NCBI GenBank assembly: GCA_001789395.1
Contig: MFZK01000014.1
Coordinates: 47,130 to 111,129 of the forward strand
Direction of reading: 5' to 3'
Length of the DNA: 64,000 nucleotides
DNA from: Candidatus Roizmanbacteria bacterium RIFCSPHIGHO2_02_FULL_37_13b
GTDB lineage: Bacteria > Patescibacteriota > Microgenomatia > UBA1406 > HO2-37-13b
Positions 45,674 through 53,864 of the stretch are shown here, in pieces (position 1 is the stretch's first letter; each line of letters begins with the position of its first letter). Made by a program: the position numbers and the translations under genes. Under the pieces are notes generated by a model that saw only the letters and a list, made by a program, of their open reading frames with translations, made no database searches and had not been told where the DNA came from.

Positions 45674-46684
45674 ATGAACAAAGATGAATTAATGAAAACC
45701 GCCAAGGCAATGGTTGCTCCCGGCAAGGGCATATTAGCTGCTGATGAATCTTCAGGCACAATAAAAAAAAGATTCGATACGATCTCAGTCGAATCAACAG
45801 AAGAAAATAGACGAGCATATCGGGAACTTCTATTTACCACTCCTGGAATGGAAGAATTTATTTCCGGTGTTATCCTTTTTGATGAAACAATAAGACAGAA
45901 AGCAAAAGATGGTACGCCGCTTCCGGCAGTCTTATCAAAAAAAGGCGTCATCCCTGGCATTAAAGTTGACAAAGGTGCACAAATGCTAGCCGGTTCAGAA
46001 AATGAAAAAGCGACAGAAGGACTTGACGGATTGCGTGACCGGTTTGCAGAATACTACACGCTTGGAGCTCGATTTTCTAAATGGCGAGCAGTAATTACTA
46101 TCGGGCAAGGAATACCGACCGATTATTGTATCAGCGTCAACGCTCATACACTTGCTCGATTTGCAGCACTTTCTCAGGAAGCCAATATTGTTCCTATTGT
46201 CGAACCGGAAGTCTTAATGGATGCTGATAATACTATCGAGGTTTGTGAGCAAGTGACCGAGAAGACACTTTTAGCCGTATTTGACGAACTAAAAAAACAG
46301 AAGATATTTATTGAAGGTATGATTTTGAAACCTAATATGGTCATTGCCGGTAAAAAATGCCCGACTCAGGCTACCAAAGAACAAATTGCAGAAAGTACGA
46401 TAAGATGTTTCAAAAAAGTCCTGCTCAAAGAATTAGCCGGGGTTGTCTTCTTATCCGGTGGACAAAGTGAAGTAGAGGCAACGGTCAATTTAAACGAAAT
46501 GAATCAGACCGCGCCTCACCCATGGGAATTATCTTTTTCCTATGGCCGAGCGCTTCAACAATCAGCGCTTAAAGCCTGGGGTGGAAAGCCGGGAAACACA
46601 AAAGCAGCCCAAGACGTTTTTTATAAAAGAGCCAAGTTGAATGGAGCAGCAAGGTATGGGAAATATACTAGTGATATGGAATAA
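45674..46684 (+). CDS. fructose-bisphosphate aldolase class I
   Basis: GKGILAADESSGTIKKRF, ILFDETI, and LKPNMV with the Schiff-base Lys context. 336 aa. Confidence 0.9.
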   Translation: MNKDELMKTAKAMVAPGKGILAADESSGTIKKRFDTISVESTEENRRAYRELLFTTPGMEEFISGVILFDETIRQKAKDGTPLPAVLSKKGVIPGIKVDKGAQMLAGSENEKATEGLDGLRDRFAEYYTLGARFSKWRAVITIGQGIPTDYCISVNAHTLARFAALSQEANIVPIVEPEVLMDADNTIEVCEQVTEKTLLAVFDELKKQKIFIEGMILKPNMVIAGKKCPTQATKEQIAESTIRCFKKVLLKELAGVVFLSGGQSEVEATVNLNEMNQTAPHPWELSFSYGRALQQSALKAWGGKPGNTKAAQDVFYKRAKLNGAARYGKYTSDME

Positions 46685-46688
46685 TACG

Positions 46689-46745
46689 ATGTCATCCTGA
46701 ATTCATTTCAGGATCCATATATGTCATTCCCGCGAAAGCGGGAAT
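46689..46745 (+). repeat. two tandem TGTCAT-hairpin-ATC repeat units downstream of the aldolase gene
   Basis: TGTCATCCTGAAttcatTTCAGGATC and TGTCATTCCCGCgaaaGCGGGAATC. Each has a perfect 8-bp stem. Confidence 0.8.
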
Positions 46746-46825
46746 CTATAGAATTGTATAGATCTCCGATCAGGCTGGGGCTGATAAGAGATGCTTAAAC
46801 AAGTTCAGCATGATATAAAATAGCT

Positions 46826-47257
46826 ATGATTTCAGTGATCCAACGTGTTTCTTCAGCGTCAATCTTAATTAACGGCGACTTATATTCATCCATAAACCAG
46901 GGGTTACTGATTCTTCTTGGAATATGTTCAGATGATGATGAACTGGTCATAAGAAAAAATGCGGAAAAAATCGCATATCTTCGAATCTTCGCAGATAAAA
47001 AAAATAAAATGAATTTGTCAGTCAAAGATGTAAAGGGAGAAATATTAGTTGTATCTCAGTTTACTCTTTGTGCTGATACAAAAAAAGGTAATCGTCCATC
47101 GTTTATCTCTGCCATGGAGCCTAAAAAAGCAGAAGAGTTTTATGAGCTTTTTATTTCAGAATTTAAAGATCACCAAATCCCTGTTAAATCAGGTGTCTTT
47201 GGTGCAATGATGGATGTTGAACTTGTAAACGATGGTCCAGTGACAATAATAATTTAA
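46826..47257 (+). CDS. dtd: D-aminoacyl-tRNA deacylase
   Basis: VVSQFTLCADTKKGNRPSF and NDGPVT motifs. Confidence 0.92.
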   Translation: MISVIQRVSSASILINGDLYSSINQGLLILLGICSDDDELVIRKNAEKIAYLRIFADKKNKMNLSVKDVKGEILVVSQFTLCADTKKGNRPSFISAMEPKKAEEFYELFISEFKDHQIPVKSGVFGAMMDVELVNDGPVTIII

Positions 47258-47261
47258 CTAA

Positions 47262-47966
47262 ATGTTAGATAAATTAATTTACGATATACGCATCCTAAAA
47301 AATCCTCAAAAAGCTACTCTTTTGCAGCGTTATTTTAAGACAGGCAAAGGTGAATATGCCGAAGGGGATAAATTTCTAGGTCTGACAGTACCCATATGCC
47401 GGCAGATTTCTAAAAAAAATAAGGATTTATCACTTTCTGACTTAAAAGAACTTCTTAAATCTAGATATCATGAAGAAAGATTAATCGCGTTGTTGATTTT
47501 GGTTAGTCAATTTGGAAAAAATCAAAAAAAAATATTTGATTTCTATTTATCATCCACTAAATATATTAACAACTGGGATTTGGTGGATTTGACAGCGCCA
47601 AAGATTGTTGGTCAGTATTTGTATCATCTAAAGGATGCAGATATTCGTTCTAAACAATTAAAAAAACTAGCTACATCAAATAATTTATGGCAACGTCGTA
47701 TTGCAGTTTTAGCAACCTTTTATTTTATCCATGAAAATCATTTCGATGAATCATTGCAGATTGCCAAAATGTTGCTTCAAGACAGACATGATTTAATTCA
47801 TAAGGCGATCGGTTGGATGCTTAGAGAGGTTGGTAAACGCGATCAAAACGTCGAAGAAATATTTTTAAGAAAGTATTATCAAAAAATGCCTCGTACCATG
47901 CTCCGTTATGCTATCGAAAAATTTCCCGATAGTTTGAGACGATTTTACCTTGCACGATCGACTTGA
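47262..47966 (+). CDS. DNA alkylation repair protein (AlkD/HEAT-like family)
   Basis: RYFKTGKGEYAEGDKFLGLTVP and WMLREVGKRD motifs. Confidence 0.75.
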   Translation: MLDKLIYDIRILKNPQKATLLQRYFKTGKGEYAEGDKFLGLTVPICRQISKKNKDLSLSDLKELLKSRYHEERLIALLILVSQFGKNQKKIFDFYLSSTKYINNWDLVDLTAPKIVGQYLYHLKDADIRSKQLKKLATSNNLWQRRIAVLATFYFIHENHFDESLQIAKMLLQDRHDLIHKAIGWMLREVGKRDQNVEEIFLRKYYQKMPRTMLRYAIEKFPDSLRRFYLARST

Positions 47967-48010
47967 CAAGTAAGATAAGTTTATTATAGATTTATTGAAT
48001 CACAAAAATT

Positions 48011-48445
48011 ATGGATGACAAAAATAAAGACGCAAAAGAGGAAAAAACACCGGAAAAAGTTAAGGAGATTTTGGATCTAGAGCAATCAATTAAAAACTAT
48101 TTTGACGCGATTCAGGCAAAAAAGCTTGAGATGACAAAGCAAAAAGACATGGTTAAAGATGCGCTTTTGAATGATCAAACTTACTTTAATCATGAAGAAA
48201 AGATCAAGGAAGCAAAAAAAATTGCAGAAAAAACCAAATCGCAGATTGAAAGCACTCCAGCCGTAATTACCGCAAAAAATGAGGCAAAAGATTTAACTGC
48301 AGAAATTAAAGAAATGCAAAAGAATCTCTCAAATTATTTACTGAAATATCATCAACTTAGTGGTCAAAATCGTATCGCGGTTCATGAAGGCGAAGAGTAT
48401 GATATTGTCGAGGAAGCAAAATTAGTCAAAAGTAAAAGAAGATAA
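48011..48445 (+). CDS. hypothetical coiled-coil protein (144 aa)
   Basis: K/E-rich heptad-like sequence. No family recognised. Confidence 0.45.
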   Translation: MDDKNKDAKEEKTPEKVKEILDLEQSIKNYFDAIQAKKLEMTKQKDMVKDALLNDQTYFNHEEKIKEAKKIAEKTKSQIESTPAVITAKNEAKDLTAEIKEMQKNLSNYLLKYHQLSGQNRIAVHEGEEYDIVEEAKLVKSKRR

Positions 48446-48524
48446 TCACCTTCAATAATCTTACTGAGTTTATAATCTCATCTTAAGAAACAAATATCTG
48501 ACGAACTGATATAATATTGTCTCT

Positions 48525-49415
48525 ATGACAAAAACTGGTACTTTTAAACTTAAATCAGGATTAGCCCAAATGCTAAAAGGTGGCGTCATTATGGATGTCG
48601 TTAATGCGCAACAAGCAAAAATCGCCGAAGACGCGGGAGCTGTAGCAGTCATGGCGCTTGAGCGAGTGCCATCTGATATAAGAAGTGCTGGAGGAGTTGC
48701 TAGAATGGCCGATCCGAAAATTATCAAAGAAATCCAAAAAGCAGTGACGATTCCTGTCATGGCCAAGTGCAGAATCGGCCATTTTGCCGAAGCTCAGGTA
48801 TTGCAGGCATTGGAGGTTGATTTTATTGATGAGAGTGAAGTTCTAACTCCTGCTGATGAAGAGTTTCATATTGATAAGACACCATTTACGATCCCATTTG
48901 TATGCGGAGCTCGGGATTTAGGCGAAGCGTTGCGAAGAATAAATGAGGGAGCTGCAATGGTAAGGACAAAGGGAGAAGCAGGAAGTGGTAATATCGTCGA
49001 AGCTGTCAAACATATTCGAAAAGTGACTGCAGGTATAGATGAAATTAAAAAACTTCTGATCAGTAAAAAAATGAAACAACTTAATGATGTGGCTATAAAA
49101 TACTCTGTTCCGGTTGAGTTGGTTATCAACACGGCTAAGTTAGGTCGTTTGCCGGTTGTCAATTTTGCCGCCGGAGGAATAGCTACTCCAGCTGATGCTG
49201 CACTTTGTATGCAACTTGGAGTTGATGGTGTCTTTGTTGGATCAGGAATCTTCAAAAGTCAAAATCCAGCTAAAACTGCTAGGGCTATTGTTGATGCAAC
49301 TGCTCATTTCACAGATGCTTCTAAAATCGCTAAAGTCAGTGAGAATCTTGGTGATCCGATGAAAGGGCAGGAAATATCTGATCTTGTGCAAAAGATGTCT
49401 GATCGCGGAATTTAA
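48525..49415 (+). CDS. pdxS: pyridoxal 5'-phosphate synthase lyase subunit PdxS
   Basis: [42 protein letters not shown]. Confidence 0.96.
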   Translation: MTKTGTFKLKSGLAQMLKGGVIMDVVNAQQAKIAEDAGAVAVMALERVPSDIRSAGGVARMADPKIIKEIQKAVTIPVMAKCRIGHFAEAQVLQALEVDFIDESEVLTPADEEFHIDKTPFTIPFVCGARDLGEALRRINEGAAMVRTKGEAGSGNIVEAVKHIRKVTAGIDEIKKLLISKKMKQLNDVAIKYSVPVELVINTAKLGRLPVVNFAAGGIATPADAALCMQLGVDGVFVGSGIFKSQNPAKTARAIVDATAHFTDASKIAKVSENLGDPMKGQEISDLVQKMSDRGI

Positions 49416-49428
49416 CTCCAGTAAATTT

Positions 49429-50022
49429 ATGAAATTGAAAAACATAGGAGTCTTAGGTTTTCAGGGTGATTTTGTCGAGCATATTGAAACGACAAAAAAA
49501 GCACTGAATAAACTAAGTTTTGAAGGAAACATCATAATGGTTAAAACCAAAGACAAGTTACAAAATCTTGACGGTCTGATAATTCCCGGAGGAGAAAGTA
49601 CCACATTGCAGACTTTGTGCATAAAAAACGGGCTGTGGGAAGATATGAAACGAATTAAATATATCTATGGTACCTGTGCTGGTGCAATTCTTTTAGCAAA
49701 AAAAGTTCTTCATAAAACCAAAAATCAGCAGACACTGGAGCTCATGGATATCGAGATAGATCGAAATGCATACGGTGGTCAGATTAGCTCTTTTGAAAAG
49801 AAAATTAAAACAAAATTAGGTAATTTTGATGCCGTCTTTATCCGCTCCCCAAGAATTACTAAGACGGGTAAGAATATTGTTATTATCGCAAAAGAAAGGA
49901 ATGAAGTATTAGCCTGTGAACAAAGAGATAAAGATAAATATTATTTGGTATCGTGTTTTCATCCGGAATTGACGACAACGATCTTCCACGAATATTTTCT
50001 CAAAAAAATCTATTCACAATAA
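49429..50022 (+). CDS. pdxT: pyridoxal 5'-phosphate synthase glutaminase subunit PdxT
   Basis: ORF 49384..50022. ATG 49429 gives MKLKNIGVLGFQGDFVEH. GTCAG catalytic Cys and FHPEL are present. Confidence 0.92.
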   Translation: MKLKNIGVLGFQGDFVEHIETTKKALNKLSFEGNIIMVKTKDKLQNLDGLIIPGGESTTLQTLCIKNGLWEDMKRIKYIYGTCAGAILLAKKVLHKTKNQQTLELMDIEIDRNAYGGQISSFEKKIKTKLGNFDAVFIRSPRITKTGKNIVIIAKERNEVLACEQRDKDKYYLVSCFHPELTTTIFHEYFLKKIYSQ

Positions 50023-50331
50023 TTATTTATTCTTTAATACTGTTTGATATCCGCCGCAACCTTTGAATAACCAATGAGCGACACGAGTGACAGTGGTAGT
50101 TGATGCACCGACTTTCTTAGCAATCAGTTCATAAGAACCTCCTTCTGTGAGTAATCGAGCGATCTCTAATCGATTGGAGAATTCTTCAATTTCAGGTAAA
50201 GTCATCAAATCGCGTATAAAATTGGTCATATCCGTTTCAGATTTTAAAGAGAGTAGAGCGTAGATTAATGCTTTTTCTTTACTATTTTTTGGTGAATATG
50301 TTTCTGTTTTAGTAAAACGGTTTGTTTTCAT
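50023..50331 (-). CDS. TrpR-like transcriptional regulator of the YerC/YecD family, divergent from the his operon
   Basis: LSLKSETDMTNFIRDLMTLPEIEEFSNRLEIARLL...GASTTTVTRVAHWLFKGCGGY closely follows the YerC/YecD pattern. Confidence 0.8.
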   Translation of the reverse strand: MKTNRFTKTETYSPKNSKEKALIYALLSLKSETDMTNFIRDLMTLPEIEEFSNRLEIARLLTEGGSYELIAKKVGASTTTVTRVAHWLFKGCGGYQTVLKNK

Positions 50332-50359
50332 ATGCTAATTATAAAGTATTGAATATCTC

Positions 50360-50400
50360 TTGACAATAATATAGTATCATGTTATCATATTAACATGATA
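50360..50400 (+). promoter_or_regulatory. his promoter (TTGACA-17-TATCAT with TGn extension) overlapped by a perfect 10-bp inverted repeat operator
   Basis: TTGACA at 50360-65 and TATCAT at 50383-88. TATCATGTTA (50375-84) pairs with TAACATGATA (50391-400), with a 6-nt spacer. Confidence 0.6.
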
Positions 50401-50457
50401 GAAAATAAGGTTAGTAACTTTGAAGTAAATCATCATTACCCTGCTTCGGCGGGGTGA
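50395..50457 (+). CDS. candidate his leader peptide (20 aa, MIENKVSNFEVNHHYPASAG) with tandem His codons
   Basis: ATG 50395 lies about 7 nt after the -10 box, implying a leaderless transcript. CAT CAT falls at 50431-36, immediately 5' of attenuator segment 1. The TGA stop at 50455-57 lies just after segment 2. Confidence 0.45.
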   Translation: MIENKVSNFEVNHHYPASAG

Positions 50458-50505
50458 TATTGGCGTTTTATTTTTTGTAACCCCGCCTAACCAGCGGGTT
50501 TTTTT
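50439..50505 (+). promoter_or_regulatory. three-structure transcription attenuator (1:2 anti-antiterminator, 2:3 antiterminator, 3:4 terminator + U7)
   Basis: 1:2 is CCCTGC-TTCG-GCGGGG (50439-54). 2:3 is GGCGGGG (50448-54) with CCCCGCC (50481-87). 3:4 is CCCGC (50482-86) with GCGGG (50494-98), followed by T7 (50499-505). Confidence 0.55.
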
Positions 50506-50630
50506 ATGTAGCTGTTTCTGCTTTCATAATAAAACGCAGAAATACAGCTACATAACCCCGTAGGATCGCTCCTCGGAGGCAAGGATGTAACCCTTGCGAC
50601 GAGGTAAGATTCCTTCGGGGTAAAGAAATT

Positions 50631-51509
50631 ATGCAGAAACTTAATAATGGAAATATAAAATTAGCGATTCAAAAGAAAGGTCGATTGAGTGAGGATTCGA
50701 TTGAATTTTTGCGAAAAGCTGGTCTTGAGTTTGAATCCTACAGTAAAAGCTTATTTGCCTCTTGTCGCAATTTCCCACTAGAGATTCTTTTTGTGCGTGA
50801 TGATGATATTCCCGATTACGTTGAGACGGGGGTAGTTGATCTTGGGATTGTTGGTCAAAATCTGCTTAATGAACTGCAACCAAAGGTAAAAAAGCTTTTA
50901 AACTTACGATTTTGCTTCTGCTCTCTTTGTCTTTGCGTGCCTAAAGACTCTTCAATTTCAGACTTTTACGATTTAAACGATGCGAAAGTGGCTACCTCAT
51001 ATCCAAACTCGACTAAATATTTTTTGCTAAAAAACAATATTAAAGCCAAAGTAATTACGATAAACGGTTCAGTTGAAGCAACTCCAGTTTTGGGAATTGC
51101 CAATGCCATAGTCGATCTTGTCTCAACCGGAAGTACTCTTTCAGCCAACGATCTAAAAATAATCTCCAAATTATATGATTCTGAGGCGATTTTAATATCA
51201 AATATTAATTTATTGACTAATAAAAAAAAGAATGCACTTGTTAATAAACTACTTACTCGATTCAAGGGAGTATTAGTGGCTAAAAACTATAAATATGTAA
51301 TGATGAATGCACCGGAAAAAATACTTCCGAAAATTAATAAAACTATTCCTGGATTGAAATCGCCAACGATTTCTCCACTTAATTCAAAAGGGTGGATTTC
51401 TATTCAATCAGTGATCAAAGAGGACGTATTTTGGGAAACCATTGAAAAGCTTAAAAAAATTGGCGCGACGGGAATTTTGGTATTGCCAGTTGAAAAATTG
51501 ATTCTATGA
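50631..51509 (+). CDS. hisG: ATP phosphoribosyltransferase, long form
   Basis: IKLAIQKKGRLSE, DIPDYVETGVVDLGIVG and LVSTGSTL motifs. At 292 aa it includes a C-terminal regulatory domain. Confidence 0.93.
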   Translation: MQKLNNGNIKLAIQKKGRLSEDSIEFLRKAGLEFESYSKSLFASCRNFPLEILFVRDDDIPDYVETGVVDLGIVGQNLLNELQPKVKKLLNLRFCFCSLCLCVPKDSSISDFYDLNDAKVATSYPNSTKYFLLKNNIKAKVITINGSVEATPVLGIANAIVDLVSTGSTLSANDLKIISKLYDSEAILISNINLLTNKKKNALVNKLLTRFKGVLVAKNYKYVMMNAPEKILPKINKTIPGLKSPTISPLNSKGWISIQSVIKEDVFWETIEKLKKIGATGILVLPVEKLIL

Positions 51510-52795
51510 AAGTCACAAAACTCTCTGATTTATCAAAAAAAGATTATGAACGAATAGTAAGACGATCATTTGGTACTAATCTATCTATTATGCCTAATGT
51601 TAAAAAGATTATCCGAGATGTTAAGACGAACGGAGATAGTGTAATTATCAATAATTGTCAAAAAAATTATGGTATTCAAAATCTTGACAATCTTCAGGTA
51701 ACGCAAAGTGAAGTGAAGAATGCATATTCCCAAGTAGATAAAACAACAATACAAGCATTGAGACAAATGATAAAAAATATTACCTTAGTTCACAAGGCAC
51801 AGCTTCCTCGCAAAAAAGATACAATTGTGCAAACGGAAAAAGGTATTCGTGTTTGGCGCGAATGGAGAGCGATTGAGAAGGTTGGATTATACGTTCCGGG
51901 AGGAAAGGCAATATATCCTTCATCAATATTGATGAGTGCTATACCGGCACAAATTGCGGGGTGCCGCGATATTATTCTTTGTTCTCCAGCAAAACAAGAC
52001 GGAAACATGTCTGCGGCAACCATTATTGCTGCTGATCTAATTGGGTTACGGAAACTATATAAAGTTGGAGGCATTGAAGCAATCGCGGCAATGGCTTATG
52101 GTACAGAAACGATTCCCTGTGTTTATAAAATTTTTGGGGCAGGCAATGCGTATGTTACTGCTGCAAAAATGTATGTGTTTGGAGACGTTGCCATCGATAT
52201 GCCTGCTGGTCCTTCGGAAATATTTATTATTGCTGATAAAGAGGCAAATCCTAAGTTTATAGCTGCAGATTTACTTGCCGATGGCGAACATGGAACAGAT
52301 TCAGCATGTGTGCTTATCACTACGTCGCAACAAATTGCTAAAGAGTCAATCAAGCAAATTGAAAAACAATTACAAAGCTTGAGAACCAGAGACCGTATAG
52401 AGGAATCTATTAAAAGATATGGATTGTTTGCGATAGTTAATTCACTTGATGAAGCCGTTTCATTTGCTAATGAATATGCGCCGGAGCACTTAGAAATTAT
52501 GACAAAAAATCCTGAAAAATTGGTTGAAAAGATAACTAATGCCGGATCAATTTTTCTCGGCGATTGGACATCAAAAGCTACGGGAGATTATGCAACAGGC
52601 GCCAATCACGTGTTACCAACTGGGGGTACAGCCAAAATGTATTCACCACTTGGAGTTGATGCATATGGAAAATGGATGCAAGTACAAGAATGCACGAAAG
52701 ACGGTCTAATGGCGATAAAAAAAACAATAGAAACTATTGCTGAAGTTGAGCAATTACCAGCTCACAAAAATTCAATATCAGTTCGATTTGCATAG
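51506..52795 (+). CDS. hisD: histidinol dehydrogenase
   Basis: VGLYVPGG, AGPSE, EHGTDS and APEHLE motifs. Confidence 0.95.
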   Translation: MKVTKLSDLSKKDYERIVRRSFGTNLSIMPNVKKIIRDVKTNGDSVIINNCQKNYGIQNLDNLQVTQSEVKNAYSQVDKTTIQALRQMIKNITLVHKAQLPRKKDTIVQTEKGIRVWREWRAIEKVGLYVPGGKAIYPSSILMSAIPAQIAGCRDIILCSPAKQDGNMSAATIIAADLIGLRKLYKVGGIEAIAAMAYGTETIPCVYKIFGAGNAYVTAAKMYVFGDVAIDMPAGPSEIFIIADKEANPKFIAADLLADGEHGTDSACVLITTSQQIAKESIKQIEKQLQSLRTRDRIEESIKRYGLFAIVNSLDEAVSFANEYAPEHLEIMTKNPEKLVEKITNAGSIFLGDWTSKATGDYATGANHVLPTGGTAKMYSPLGVDAYGKWMQVQECTKDGLMAIKKTIETIAEVEQLPAHKNSISVRFA

Positions 52796-52796
52796 T

Positions 52797-53864
52797 ATGA
52801 AAAATAATAAATACTTTTCAAAAATAGCAGAAAAAATTGTTCCTTATCAATGGGAAGAGAGTTTGTCTGATGAAGTATTACGATTTGACACAAATACAGT
52901 TCCATTTCCGCCACCAAATTTGCAACGATTTTTTAAATCACTTGGCAATAATTGTCCTATCAATGAATATAAAGATCCGTCATATAAAAAACTGGAAACT
53001 CTTATTGCGCAATATGAAAAAGTCCAATCAGACATGATTACGGTGACAAATAGTGGCGATGAAGCGCTTGACATCTTAGCTAAGACATTTTTGGACGATG
53101 ACGATACATTCTTGGTAACGCCGCCGACTTACGAAATTTTTTCAATTCAGTGCGAACTTAATAAAGGACGAAAAGTTGAAGTCCCGCTTTCAGGCAAATT
53201 ATTTAACGTTAATACCAATAAAATTATTACCACAACAAACGAACAAAAAGTTAAACTTATTTTTCTGTGCAATCCTAATAATCCAACAGGCACAATTATT
53301 TCTCAAAGTGATATCGAAAAAGTGGTTCGATGCTGTTCAACTATAGTAGTTGTGGATGAAGCATACCGTGAATTCTATGGCAATAGTTCGGTTACACTTC
53401 TTAAAAAATACGATAATTTGGTAATTCTACGTAGTTTTTCAAAATTTGCTGGTATTGCCGGTGCGAGAGTAGGATATCTTATTGCTAATTCTTTTTTGTC
53501 ATCTAAATTTCACAGCATTCGTTTCCCGATGGGAGTGAGCTATTTTTCGTACAAACTTGCTGAATGGGTACTTGAGAATGATCAACAATGGATGAATCAA
53601 CAAATTGAAATGATTAAAACCGAAAGAGAAAGGCTTTCAAACAAATTATTAGTAATGGGTTTTTATGTCTTGCCATCAAAGGCAAATTTTTTGCTGGTAA
53701 ATATTGGAGCTCGTGTTAAGGAAATACAAGACAAGCTTAAAAAGAAGGGCATATTAATTCGTGACCGTAGTTCAAAAAAATATTTGACAGGATGTGTACG
53801 GATTACAGTTAGGAGTCGCAAAGAAAATGATGTATTAATAAATGCACTAAAAAAAATTGTATGA
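52797..53864 (+). CDS. hisC: histidinol-phosphate aminotransferase
   Basis: ORF 52737..53864. ATG 52797 follows the hisD stop. NPNNPTG, and SFSKFAGIAGARVGY with the PLP Lys. Confidence 0.9.
   Translation: MKNNKYFSKIAEKIVPYQWEESLSDEVLRFDTNTVPFPPPNLQRFFKSLGNNCPINEYKDPSYKKLETLIAQYEKVQSDMITVTNSGDEALDILAKTFLDDDDTFLVTPPTYEIFSIQCELNKGRKVEVPLSGKLFNVNTNKIITTTNEQKVKLIFLCNPNNPTGTIISQSDIEKVVRCCSTIVVVDEAYREFYGNSSVTLLKKYDNLVILRSFSKFAGIAGARVGYLIANSFLSSKFHSIRFPMGVSYFSYKLAEWVLENDQQWMNQQIEMIKTERERLSNKLLVMGFYVLPSKANFLLVNIGARVKEIQDKLKKKGILIRDRSSKKYLTGCVRITVRSRKENDVLINALKKIV

Noticed and set aside
45655-45972. Minus-strand 105-aa ORF overlapping the aldolase 5' end, and similar antisense ORFs in pdxS (48470..48766, 48573..48782, 48866..49255)
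   Set aside because: They are shadow ORFs opposite genes with unambiguous family signatures.
50400-50630. T-box riboswitch interpretation of the his leader
   Set aside because: There is no specifier-loop/K-turn architecture and no conserved T-box sequence. The alternative pairings plus a short ORF with tandem His codons fit a leader-peptide attenuator better.
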